From: Phoronis australis
Taxonomy: Eukaryota; Animalia; Phoronida
Direction: 5' to 3'
DNA: 64,000 nt
Assembly: GCA_002633005.1 (NCBI GenBank)
Contig: NMRA01000072.1
Span: 606,290 to 670,289 of the forward strand
Shown: positions 1 to 13,000 of the stretch, in pieces
Position numbering within the stretch: the stretch's first letter is position 1
Layout: each line of letters begins with the position of its first letter
The notes under the pieces: model-generated
Database searches by the model: none
Seen by the model: only the letters and a program-made list of their open reading frames with translations
Told to the model about the DNA's origin: nothing
Program-made: the position numbers and the translations under genes

Positions 1-368
1 CGATAACACAAAATAAACTAGTGCAATAATGTGGAGTTACTTGTCTTTCAAGGTATATAATAGATATTCTATGAATTATGTAACAAAGGTAAAGCTGAAG
101 AGTAGAACATTTGTCTGCCTTATCAAGAGTTTCATGTCTGGACATTGTAATATTTCAGAAGCAAATGCACATTACATAACACAACAATATTTAGAAGATC
201 ACGAAATGTATTGCTTTGTAACATACAAAATGAAATTCATATGGATCATAGAAGTTGTTAGTGCTGTTCATTTTATCACTAGATTGCTTCAAATAGTAAA
301 CTTCATTTTTAAATATGATTGTTTATGAGTGAAAACTTTTAATTCATTTAATTTTATTTTTCTCTTAG

Positions 369-3300
369 GCACGCTCAGATTCTGAATGAGAAAATTTTAA
401 AGGTTGAGGCACAGAAGAAGCGATTAGAAGAGCAGGAAAGGAAGCAACGTGAAGAGGCAGAGAAAATACGAGTCAACGTCAGCGGGATGGTGGACGCCAT
501 GAGAGCACTGAAGAAGAATTTGGATGATAAAATAGCTAAATGTAAATGCAAGCAGCACCTGGCTCCCAACTTCACAAAGTTCTATGAAAATGTGGTCGCT
601 TGTGTGACGAAAGCAGAAAGTTTAGTACTGCAAATGAATGAGGACAAAAAAGTGGCTAGTGTACTGAAGATGATTCAAGAGTTATCACTGAAGCAGCAAA
701 ATATTGCTGATGTCATCAACCAGGATCTTGGTAAGTTTTTTACGATATTATACAGGCCAGGATCCTGAGGATCAAGGGGATCTGCCCCCCGTGCTCAGCC
801 ATTTTTGTGTTGCTGCAGTAGATAATAATAAGAACCTTATCAAAGCCCTTGATGCCTGATTTTTAGGCCGAATATTTCACAATCATGTGAAATTCCCCTC
901 ATCAGGCCCAAAAATTCCTCTCCAACAATTGAATAATTCCTGTCCAGGATAGACTCTCCTCTGCCTAATTTAACCATAGCCAATGGGGAGTGGCAATAGG
1001 AGGAGGTTTCCCCTCAACCAAGAAATTCCCCTCTGAAGGCACAGGCACCTTTCCCCTCAGGTGAGCGAGGGCCCTGCCTATGTTAGTCCCTTGTCAGGGC
1101 TCATTGTTATAATGAGCCTAGATCTTCGCCTGTTACACTATACAATAATTCTCAAGTATGTTTTGTTCCATGGTTGCATTAAGATTTTTAGTGGCTTTTT
1201 GTTGAAAGTATGCACATCCAATTGCATCTACACTTGCATGACCCTACAAAGAACCCTCCCAGTTGTTGTAACTAGAGTTCGCTGTGACCAAGTCAACTTA
1301 TATGTAATACAGTTGGCATTGGATTTGTGGACTGAAACACTACAAGCAATTGAGCATCACAAACCAGGCACATTGTAATGTGTTTTGATGGCATCATTAT
1401 GCAACAAACACCTGTTTTTGTACATTGTCATTCAGAGTATTTGAGATGATTGTCCACATCTGTTTTCATTGTTGATGGATACTTAACCCATATAGCCCTG
1501 TACACTTGAGGTTTTGTTAAGTATGCTTCTCCGTGTCTAAACTATCAAAGGTGCATTGCTATTCTTAACTGTCATGGGTAGACAAGAACACCTAGGAAGG
1601 CTGTCAACATCCTTAATGTGCTTAAAACCACCATTTACCTTGTTTTGACATGTGACCACGTTGTCAGCATCATTAAGTATTCCTTGATAGCACTGCATAT
1701 CACAACAGTGAATTCAATTCCCAAAGAACGAGAAAATAGAAAAAAGCAACTTCAATGGGAATTTTCTTAGCTCCAAAGACATCACTGACATGAACATACC
1801 CAGGTTCAGCATGTCATGTCCACCAACTTGCGAGTTTCTTGTGCAAACTTGTTCCATAATCATGCTTTCGTTATATCCATGGCAAAGTGGAGAGAGCCAC
1901 AGTAAGGTCAAATTCTTAGTTGTCACAACCGCCACAAACGCAACACCTCGCTATTACTTATTATACCAGGAACCAGGGGAAAACGACTTTTTACACTACA
2001 AACAATGGAGGATGACTAGTACTGTGACCGGTTGTCCCGATTTTACGCAGTATATTTCGACCAACAGGTGCTTGTAACTTGAGATTAGTTATTGTATAAC
2101 ATCATAACGTCAGATGGTGTTGCGGGTGTTCTGATTTGACAGTTTGTTTTTTGGTGTTTTTGAAATGAAATGGGTGATTTCAAACACTTTGAATTCTTCA
2201 ACTCTACCAAAAATCCCTTCAACAACCTCAAATTTCTGTTAACAAAATTGATAGTGAATCACCTTTACATTCACTGGCTGCACTTGATTGACTTTGCTTG
2301 TTTTGCCACGTCAACTGGCTAAGACATCTGATTGACCAGTCTGTAAGCCGGAAGTTGACATCAGCAAACAATCAGATGCTGTAGCCGGTTGATCTGGTGG
2401 AACCGGCAAAATCAATCTAGTGCTGCCAGTGTGCTCGTAGTCCAACAGAAACGTACACTAGGTTATAGGAAAGGCACCTGTTTGGCCGCAAGCGTCGAGG
2501 GGGGAGATAGCACAGACTGAGAACCTGTCTATTGTGGGTCAGTCGTGTACTGTACTGAGAACCAGCTAGTGACTCACATGTTTTATTGCAGACCGGGCAG
2601 ACAAAAAGGCAGCAGAAGAGGTCAAACAAAAACAGGCGACAGAACAGAAACGGGCAGCAGAGGAAGCTGCACGGAAAGCTGCAGCTGAAGCGGCAAAGGT
2701 CATAACCCTAGCTCAACTGGTCAGGGACCTGATTCTCGAAGAGCCTATTGTCTTTTGGACTTTCATCTAACAATCAGTCCACCGATGGTTTAGACTTTTT
2801 CAAAACAAACACAGGCTAAGGCTGAAAGTTAAAAAATATCTCAACAACTGAAAGTCAGCTGGACCATACAACAGAGAAACATTTTGAGGAATGCAAAAGA
2901 CCAATAAAAAAAAACCTTCTGGCTATCCATAGTCAGATTTCTGACTTTTGGTTAAAGTCAAAAGACAAAATTCAAATGAATAGTGTCTCTGAGAAACATA
3001 CTTCAGCAGCGGAAAATCGGCATTTCATCACATAAACCAACTTTTGAGTATGACTACTCGCTATTATGAAAATGGTCTCAATGTCAAATTGGAGACGATC
3101 TTAGGGCCTTGAAACAACTAACTGTAAGTACTCGAGATGGGGCTGTGCAAGTTGGGCTGTTAGGACTAGTCGTTTAACATGCCGAACAGCGTCTCAAAGA
3201 ATAACTAAATATCACACACCCAGAAATAATTTCTCACCGGTGTAAAGAAGAGGTTGAGGATCCCTTTTGTAGTTGTGGTTTAAATCAAAAGTTCTTCTCT

Positions 3301-6300
3301 TAGACGATATGGACGTTTATAACCACTTGTGTAATGAATAAATATTTTAATGCGTATTTGAGTAATGTAGTTCAGAAGCTTCGGATAAACAGTCACTTAA
3401 CTCTTGAGTCTATCACTGTTTTACAAGATTTAAATGTTTATGAAATATGATAGCAATTGTCTGTCCATGTAGCTCAATGACGTCTGTGCACTCGTATCCA
3501 TGCCACTATAGTAACAGGCATTAAATAATAAATTGATAGTTGATTTCCCATTGTCAAATTCATACTTCAAACCGTGATTCACCTTTCTTTCAGGCAAAAG
3601 ATGGCGCCACGGGACTGCCCCTGTCTCTTTTACAAGGTATATAATTATTCAAGTAAACCTTGTCGATGAGTAGGTTTGTGCTCTACAATCCTTTTACACA
3701 GACTGAAGCTTCTCTTCATTGACACGTCAGATAGTCACCCAGTATTTCCTGTGTGGTTTTCTGTAACATCTGGGCTGCGTTACTCAGACCTAACATCATG
3801 CCAAGTCTTCATAAGATATCACCATGCATTACAAGTGAACCTCAAGACCACATTTACTTAATTCTCTTAATGAGTTTCCACTACGTAGAGTAGAAAATTC
3901 CAAAAATTATTTCGAGTTCCATCTCAAGTGAAAAGATTAGACCCTGGATTCTGTTTATTATGGTTTGATTGCTTCATTCCTCTATCTCAATACTGATGAG
4001 TGGTTGGCTGAGGCAATGAATGTCTTTCACGTGATTAATGTAGACAGTCCCATAGTAAATTTTGTATGCTTTCTGGGATTAAGTTGAGACAGCATAACAG
4101 AAGAAAAAGTGGAGACCAGTGATGGCAATGACAGTGTACGTCTACCAAAATGTTATTGGAAAATCCTGTGTAAATACTGCTAATGGTATATTTTATTTAT
4201 TACCTGTGTAGGTGGTGATGGTGAGATTCTGTGTGTGTTACCTGATAGCCTGAAACAGTATGAAGATCTTCTGAAGAAACAGAAAGAGGTGGAGACGTCC
4301 ATAGTGCAGTTGACCACCACACCTCAGGTAAACTGACCTTGAGTAGCAGCTTGGAGCTGCGATTAGGTCCGAGTCCTTCATTTTTGAACAATTTACTTTC
4401 AGTGTGAGTTGTGTAGTTGCTACCAGTTTCCCTTTCAATCTGTTTGAAAAATATGGTCACTGCAAATAAAATTGTTTAAAAAGTATAAGCTTCTCGGAAA
4501 ATATGAAATGCAGTAATTTTATTTAGAATCTAGCCTTTAGTTTGTGTAACATTTTGTTATATTAAAATGAAATTTTAGTTGAAATTGTGAAAAGCACTAT
4601 GAAAATATTTTTATTCCTATGCAGATGGAAGCAATTATATGATCATATGCTGGGGTCTAGTCTTTGTACTCAAATCAAACCTGCTTTGTATCATTGAAAA
4701 CATTATAACTGATCAGTTTTAAAAGGCTGTAAGGACTTCAGCGAAACAGTCGCGGTGCATAAAATGTAATGTTTGAACTAAGATGTTGACTGGTTCAGTG
4801 CACCGTGGTAATTTTGTTCTTGAAGTTACGATAAATGTTGATTACTTTTGACTTAAATGCAGTCGTGTCCGTTTCTAGCTGAAAAAGTTAAAGATGGATC
4901 TGCAGAAGGCTGTCAACACTCCAGTCAACGCACTGACCAATACCAGTGGTGCCCACTTGCGGGATAAATTGGATAAACTTTTGGCTCTTCTCTCTGGTCA
5001 GCCTGTAGAGGTCTCTGGCAAAAGAGTGTTGGCCACGGAACATCCATCTGGCCTACCGTTCTGCTTCGACTTGTTGGCAAAGAAACTTGTGGTTAGTGAT
5101 GTCACCATGTGGCATTTGTAAGTGGTCAATGGAAAGACAATAAGTCAAGATTCAATTCCATTCATGTCGTGAACATGCCCTTTAAACCAAAGTCCATGGT
5201 CACAACTGGTTTTATCCACATTCGGTTAGGCCAGCTTCTATTGTGAGTTAGTGATACAGTATAATTAGCTAATAAGCCATACTGGGAACTACTTTCCAAT
5301 GAGTAGCTCAAGGCTTGTGTTTGTGTTGACAAAATCACCATTACTTGGCCAATTTTGAAAATTCAAAAACCCATAGTTGAATGGTTGGATGTTTATGGTT
5401 ACCATTGGTTCTCGTGTCTCATAAAGAAAATAGAAAGTACATGGATGCTTTCAAGCCTTCTATTTAGATATGGTGTGATAAGAAACAGTATTTACCCTCA
5501 CTATTCTAGTCAATAGTCACTCCTTCGATAACCAGTCCACTGGTGAGAGTGGAAATATTAAGTAGATTTCTCCTAATTGATCCTCATATCGTTTACAGCA
5601 TGGTCTTCACGAAGTATTACAGTTGTTGGCTGCAGGTGTAGTTATGGGGGTTATTTAATTCACGTGCACTGTTTCCACTTGTTGTCAAGGAACATGCTAT
5701 TTAAATCTAATTACCCTAATGCAATCTATTAATGCACACTGATGTCCACCTCACAGGATTAGATTATCTTTATTTGCTGTGCTCTGATTTCTCTTTGTTT
5801 CTGGTCCATTTAGTACACATTGCCTTATGGTTTCATCTATTGACGTTCTGTTATGTCGTGTTTACATGAAACGGAGCAATTATTTTCTTGCACTTGTAGA
5901 AACAAGGCGAAGAACAGATCTCATCCAATCACGAGTATGCTTTTGTCTATGCTGCCATAGCTGTGGCGATCTGGTGCAAATTTCCAGTGTTTGGTGAGCT
6001 GCTGAGGGCTCATTTTTACCTGAGATGCCCCTACCTGGTACCGTATTATAAACCTAAGACTGAAGGGCAATCTTCTGAAGACTACTATAAGTGAGTAGGA
6101 GACCAGTGTTGTTACCCTCAGTGTCATTGTGAATATCTGTAGCTTCACAAATCATTTACTACTGACACTGAACTCAAAGGACAAGTCATTACTGCAGTAC
6201 ATGCCAAAACCTGACACGGACAACTCTGTTTCCCTTTGTGATATCATTCCAGCTACTTCAACTTTGTGAAAACTTTAAGTCTTGCCTAGCTTCAATTCCA

Positions 6301-7743
6301 GACAATTCAAAAATGATAAAAAATGAGGATTCAGCAACTTTAAGATTGTCTCGTTCCAAAATTTTGTAATGCATTTTCTCTTTCTCTATAAGTTTATTTT
6401 TCAAGACATAATATACATTTATGCAAAATAACAAATTTTTATAAAATTGATTGCTGGACAAAAATCTTGAACCATTGTTGTAAGGAACGACACAAAGTTT
6501 GGTTCTTGTTTTTGTTCTAATATTATAACTAAATTGCTTACATTAAGAATCCAGGGGTTTGTTTCAAAAAAATTATTTCAGAAGCGAGACAGAAATTTAT
6601 GCTCTTGATTCACTATTGCTGAATGAAGATTTTGCTAAGTAGTTCTGAGAAATGATCTCAGTAACTAGCAATTAGTTAATGTGTTTATTCTCAGAGACTT
6701 TGCACTTTTGCTCATGTGAGGTTTAGTCATTTTTCAGAAATACTGTTTGGGTGTAAGCCCAAATTTCTGACTTATATGGTAAACAGTGTCAAATAGGGAC
6801 TTGACTATGTTCCTTAACTTTTCGCTGCATTTATGTCATTAGTTAAAGAGGATCTCGTAATATAGGCAAAATGAATTTATGAGTAAAAAACTTCATAAAT
6901 GCACGGAAGATTTAGGGAACTTAGTCGAGTCCCTGTTTGGGACTGTTTCATGCAACCAGGCACTGGTGTCGTCACACTCGTGACCTACCTAGTACAGGTG
7001 AAAATTCAAGCCAGAACCCAATTAAGTTTGTGAACTGAAGCGCAAGTTTCAACCCCATTCCCTACCAACACAACTGAGAGCCATCTGGCTGGGCTGCCAA
7101 CTGTCAATAGGCACATCAAATTTTATGGCATAATGAGGCATCATATAGGATAACATAGGTGACCAAGCAGCTGGACTGAATTCAGTGCGCATTAGCAAAC
7201 TCCAGCCGTCCGATGATCATCATCTCAAAGTCAGTTTTTACCGGCACTGGGTTCCTCATGATGTGTTTATTCAGTTGGTGTTGTGTATTTCACAGGAGTC
7301 TGGGATATCAGTACAAAGATGGTGAGGTAGAGCAGCAGGACAAGTTTCTGAAACGTATGAGCGGAATAACTCGCTTGTATGCAGCCATCATGATCTCAGT
7401 GCCACCTCCTGGTAGTCCAGGAAAGCACCCGTTTGACCTCGATCATGGCTGGACCTGGTTGGCGACTGTACTCAACATCGATCCGAGGCCAGATATCACG
7501 GCGTCAGAGATGTTCGATTTCTTGGAAATTACTGGAAACCAAATGTGGAGTTCCTATAAGAAGCAGTTTCAGAAGATACTGCACATAATTTGCACAGAAT
7601 ATCTTCCAAAAATTTGGAAAGTGACTCCAAAAGGGTCGGGTGGTCCTGTTAAAAGACTGGAGCTGTTTCTAACGAAATGCTTGCAAACCGGAACAATAGC
7701 AAGTGCTAAAGGCACATTAGCTGCTAATTTTTGGCTTACATAG
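369..7743 (+). CDS. GLE1: mRNA export factor / nucleoporin GLE1, 3' part (5' exons lie upstream of the window)
   Basis: Phase-consistent GT-AG exons 369-730, 2592-2698, 3594-3636, 4212-4327, 4879-5091, 5900-6090, 7296-7743 (TAG). A coiled-coil region is followed by the GLE1 C-terminal domain: KLKMDLQKAVNTPV...LAKKLVKQGEEQISSNHE...HFYLRCPYLVPYY...LGYQYKDGEVEQQDKFLKRMSGITRLYAAI...GWTWLATVLN...FW*, closely matching human GLE1 as recalled. The two small middle exons are less certain. Confidence 0.95.
6781..6962. mobile_element. MITE related to 32213-32650
   Basis: Inverted repeats aaacagtgtcaaatagggacttgacta / tagtcgagtccctgtttgggactgtttcatgcaacc. Confidence 0.55.
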
Positions 7744-7800
7744 CACTGCTTCATAGGAAGTGTGTCTAAAATATTGCAATGAGAATTATGTGGTTTACCA

Positions 7801-7806
7801 AATAAA
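7801..7806 (+). promoter_or_regulatory. candidate GLE1 polyadenylation signal
   Basis: AATAAA 58 nt after the GLE1 stop codon; another AATAAA occurs at ~9071. Confidence 0.35.
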
Positions 7807-9705
7807 TTATTTGAATACTAAGAAAGCATGCTTCGCAATTAATGAGTTTTTTAAAAGTGAGGAGTAAATAATTAACATGGTTAGCGTTATGTGTGGAGCA
7901 GATTATGGTAATATCCTGCAAATTTCTGACAAAAGTAAATGACAGTATTGATTTTTTCAGTTTTCATAAACATTGTTAAAATTCTACAATAGATAGTAGC
8001 TCGGTGTGTAAGTCGAACATTTAAAACTCGGTGGACTTAGTTTTTATGAAAAAATATTTCTCTGTCTGGTGTCCTCAATTGGTGACATTTTACCACAGCT
8101 GTATGGTCACGATGGAACAGTTCAAGATGTTTTGTGCAAACAGAATCTGCCTTAAAGATGCTTTGTCTCGTTAAATTTTGAATATGCCAATGAAGTACTA
8201 GTTTACAAACAACCCCAGGTCTTGAGGTGTGTCAGAAACCATCTGAGAACCAGTTACTATTACAAGCTCGCGAAAGTCTATTTTTATATAAATGAGTATT
8301 GTAATATATCATTGTCATGAAACAAGGCAGTTTTTATTATTTGTTCATTTCACTAGAAAATAACGATTGCGTAATATTTGGAATCACTAGGGTTTTGTAT
8401 ATGCTTACCCTTGCTTTTCAGTTGTGGTGTTTTCTTTAAAACCGCATTTTATTTACAAATTGTTTCTTTTCCTGATTATACTTGTACACAAAGTTCTCCA
8501 GGAAGTCACAAGGAGGCGGTTGCTAAAAATTAAAATATTTGTGGTTTTAATGAGACACAGCATATGTAATATCAAAGTTCATGATTGTTTTCAGTTGCTT
8601 ATGATAACAATGTGTAGCAGTGACTTCAGACAGGTTTAAGAGGACCTGAAGAGACTCGGAATATTACGAAGTGCAACACATGAAAGCAGTTGTCGAAGTA
8701 TCATTACAAAGTTCCTTGTAGATTTGGTGGTCATGTTACTATGTGTAGTAATTTCTCTGTCACTTGTGCATCACAGGACATAAAATACCAAGTTATTTTA
8801 AAGCTATATAGAGTGTTTCAGTGATATGACAATTACCTTGCCACATCCTGTTTCGCACACTGGCGAGTGTCGTAACGATTTTCAAAATTAGAACATATGC
8901 TTCCACCTGCAGTGATTTCTGTTGATACTACCAGGTTTGTATTCGACTCTAACGTTGAAATTGTGCGATTTCACTTGCATGAGCTAGGGGAGACGAACAC
9001 TGTTTTTAACTTACTATTTACTGTAAATCTCGCTGAAGTCAGATTCAACCAGAACGAGATATTTTATCCGAATAAAGGCAAAACTTGACTTAAATGAAGC
9101 GGTGAGTACATGAACTAAACCGTACCATAGAACTTGATTTGAGTTAAGTGAAAGTCTGACTCGCACGGGTTTTACTTCATATTAACAATTAAACCTCATA
9201 TAGGGCAACCTTTACTTTGTATTCTCAATGTTCAAAAAAGAACTCTTGCATTTTGCTCACTGTACATTATTATACAAGACCATTAGTCTGCATTAGCAGT
9301 TCTAGCGTCTCACTGCTATTCAAGAACATGCCAGAGATCTACATCACCAGGTCTCTGATGAGGATTTGAAAGTGTACACCCAGATAAGTGGAAGCGCAGG
9401 ATACAGGAGGCTATTGTCCACAGACCAAGTCTGAACAGAGATCCTGGACTTGATCTCCCTGCGGAGTACTCAGACTTGCTACGGCGTTTAAACCTGACAT
9501 TAGGGAATCCCCATTATTGATTTATTGTTTTATTCTACATGACAAGGGGCGCACCCGATGGCGAACCATGTCCGTGAGAAATGGATGAAACGGCTGTACA
9601 TTTACTACATCAAGGTACGACTTTCTCGTTCCAAAAAGGATCTCCACTTAATATTTTCATGCTTGTGTTTGTCGCATTGAATCATTTAATGAATTTGATA
9701 CCATT

Positions 9706-9927
9706 CATGCGCGCACTCAGCCTAAAATATAGGGGGGCTCGAATCTTTCGGTATGCGTTCCTTTGAAAGAAATCGACAAAAAAAAAAACGGGCCATTAGG
9801 TTCAGGTCCACGAAAATTGTACGTCCGCGCTGGCTTCCCGTGGCTTTTGTGGACTTTTGTCTCTACTCGGACTTTTTGTTTCACTGAGGCAGACCTTTCG
9901 CCCCCCCCCCCCCTGGTGCGCCCATGC
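9706..9927 (+). mobile_element. hAT-like non-autonomous element; inverted copy at 15580-15815
   Basis: catgcgcgcac...gggggctcgaa...(C)n tggtgcgcccatg. 15580-15815 is a diverged reverse-complement copy. Confidence 0.5.
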
Positions 9928-9977
9928 CATTGGTTGAAATAGCTAACTAAAGATAAGAACTTGATGGGTTAACAACA

Positions 9978-9983
9978 TTTATT
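9978..9983 (-). promoter_or_regulatory. candidate SERHL polyadenylation signal
   Basis: TTTATT on + (AATAAA on -) about 110 nt downstream of the SERHL stop. Confidence 0.4.
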
Positions 9984-10092
9984 ACAATCAAAGGAGTTAT
10001 TTCTTCTTGATAATTCTCAACTGTATTTACAATATCACATTAATTAAAGCCGATGAGTTGACAAAAAGACTGAGCATGTCACTTTAACTCTC

Positions 10093-13000
10093 TCAGAGTT
10101 TACTGGACGGTGATGTCTGTAAAAATCTAGCCACATGGGGCCCCACTCGCTCAGGGTTATTGAGATGAACATGATGATTCCCATCCACATGCACAACGTC
10201 CAGCTGAAATTTGAAGCATATGTCAGATCATTTCAACTTATCCTTGAAAACCCCATCCTTACCAAAACAAGTTATGAAACAGGTTAAATCAAAAAATTGG
10301 GCTGTTTTTTTTTTTGAAAATTAAATGTAATTGTCAAATTTTTAAACAATCCATCAGAGATAAGCAAAAAAGGTGCGGGTTTTTCTTTTTTGTTTCATAA
10401 CGAACCAGCTTCATGGCACTTAAAACCTTGCTTGCATGCGTTCGTGTGGCTTTTGAAAGAAGTTCCAAGAACTTTGTTGAAACTGATGTGGGAGGATGCT
10501 TTTTTCTTTAAGGAATGCACAGGTTTCGAAGCAAGTCATGGGGTAGACCAAAACCAACTTTGCTTTTAGGCCTTAACAATAAATGCTCAAAATTCACAAC
10601 ATTTTAAAACCCAACAATTTTTATGTCCTGAAAGTACTTGGAATACAGATTAATCTAAAACAGTTGGCAGTCCTGTAAACCGCTATGGCATGGTACAGAC
10701 AAAGATCTACCACTTGGCTAGCTACCTGTAAGCTTAAAGCACAGCACACGTGAAGGGGTGAAAATAAGACTAAACTTCCCAACTGTCATAGTACACTGGC
10801 CATTTTCCTTTGTTTGAGGGTAACCTGCATGAACCTAGTGCTAGGCTTACAGACACTTGTGATAGTTGGCTGAGCATGCAGCTCTTCATCTACGCCATGC
10901 TTAAACTAAAGGATGTCGTTAAGACTTGAAAGTGGGCACAGTACCTTCTTGCACGATGCTTTCATTCTTTCAAGATTCTCATCAATATACTCAGCGAGCA
11001 CCCCTTCAGGGGCAGTACCATCATGTTCAATTCCCTGGTTAGCTCTAAATGTAAAACCAACACCTGACTCTCCATGTAGAAATTGATAGAAATTGAATTA
11101 AATATGCTAAAATCTAGCCAACTTCACACATATCTGCCAAAATTGTCACTATTTCATTTTTCAAGGGGTTGTAACATTGTTATGAAGTGTCCACAGATTT
11201 TCAAAATACTGCCCAATAGTAGCTATGGTTCAGAACTTGAACACGGAAACACATTGATTTGGTGATGCAAATTTCACATGCCCACCATGCTGTGTCCTAA
11301 ATCAGCAACATTTCATCAAACAATGTATAACACAAGCAAATATAAATCTGCAGATATTAAAAGTAAACTACAGGCCAAAAACAATCAGACAAGGCAACTC
11401 GTATCGATTCCTGCCATGGCAGCTAAGCACAAACATAACTGCCCATCTTAACTGCCCATCATGTGGAAGGTAATCAGTAAAATAACAGCATGCCCATACA
11501 TCCAGGAAACTGGTTTTCACTACTGCTAAATAATTAAATGAATGGGAAAGACAGTGTCTTTAAAATTGAAAATAAGATAATCGTTTCATGTCAATTATTG
11601 GAAGCTTTAAAGCCAATTTTTACCGTGATAGTGGAGTGAATGTTCATTATACGACTCCGTTGATAAGGATGAGTGATGGTAAGTTACCTGGTAGATCTAA
11701 ATTTCCCGCCCTTCCCAGTCACCTGACTACCATGTGATCCCAGTCACCTGACTACCATGTGACAGGAAAGGGTGGCAAATTTAGACCTACATCAGTAACC
11801 ACTGAAGAAGGGCCCGAGTTGGACCTGAATGCTATGCAAACGGGTAACTTACCACAACTCAATTTTTACCATCTTTTGTGGTCTAATTCTCAAAACATTG
11901 CAGGTGGCAACGATTTCGGAATCCTTTTAACAGTGTCCAACAACCCTCATCAATAGCCAACTTTGTTGGTAAAAACTTAAGTGCAATAAAGGCAACAAAC
12001 TTTACCTTATGTACAACACCTCACAGGAAACCATGGAACAGCAAGACACCAGTTCCTCGTTACCAAACATAGGTGGACTTCTCTGAAATTTGCAATATTG
12101 ACAAAAGCCTTGTTTTACATTGATAATACATCTCTTTATGATAAGGTTAATTTAAAAGGGCCAAAATATGTAAGCCAGGGGTTCGTTTCATGAAAGTTTA
12201 AGTCTCAAGTTTCGTTGTTAGCATGATGTCAGCTGCATTGTTCAACACGTTAAGACTAAAATAGTTTCATGAAACGGAGCCCAGGAAAGTTTACAACCTT
12301 GCCATATCTCGTAAATTCCAACATTTGTCACCAATGAATATGTATTGACTCAAATATCTTAATATGCAGTGTTACACGGGGTGTAAATGATATTTATTTA
12401 TTAACTTATTGACCTGCGTTTCATTATGTATTAACACCACACATAAAACCAGATTCACCTAGTCAAGAATGTGTAACATGCAAAAATTATACATGTGCTT
12501 GCGCACTGCTGCCCATTTAACCTGAAAACACCACTTGTATAATAATATAGGGGACCCAACCGATGGCAACCGAACACCTGTGTCCCCTATATGTTAAAAT
12601 ACACGGGGTCTGCCTGATGACGACCCAAGAGTGGGGAACTCTAAAGGCTCCCCTTTTCAGGCTTAAAATTCAGTGAAATTCTTGTCTATGTCACTTCACA
12701 AAAAGTCATTTAAAAATAATTAAGGTCATGTACCTTAATACTGACAAGTGTGTGCATTTTGCCGAATACCTACAAAACTATAGATTTTAACTTGGAAAAC
12801 TGGATATTTTCTGAAAGCAGAAAGCCCATAGAATTTGATATTTGACCTTTAACCCATTTGCATTGATTGGGTGATGTGACCATATCTTTTAGTAAAATTT
12901 AGCAAAAACAAAAAGGAACACTGATATGGAAACAACGGTGTAAATAACATGATCAAATTTTAGTCAATATAAATTTCAAAGTGAGACACTGTAGCACTTT

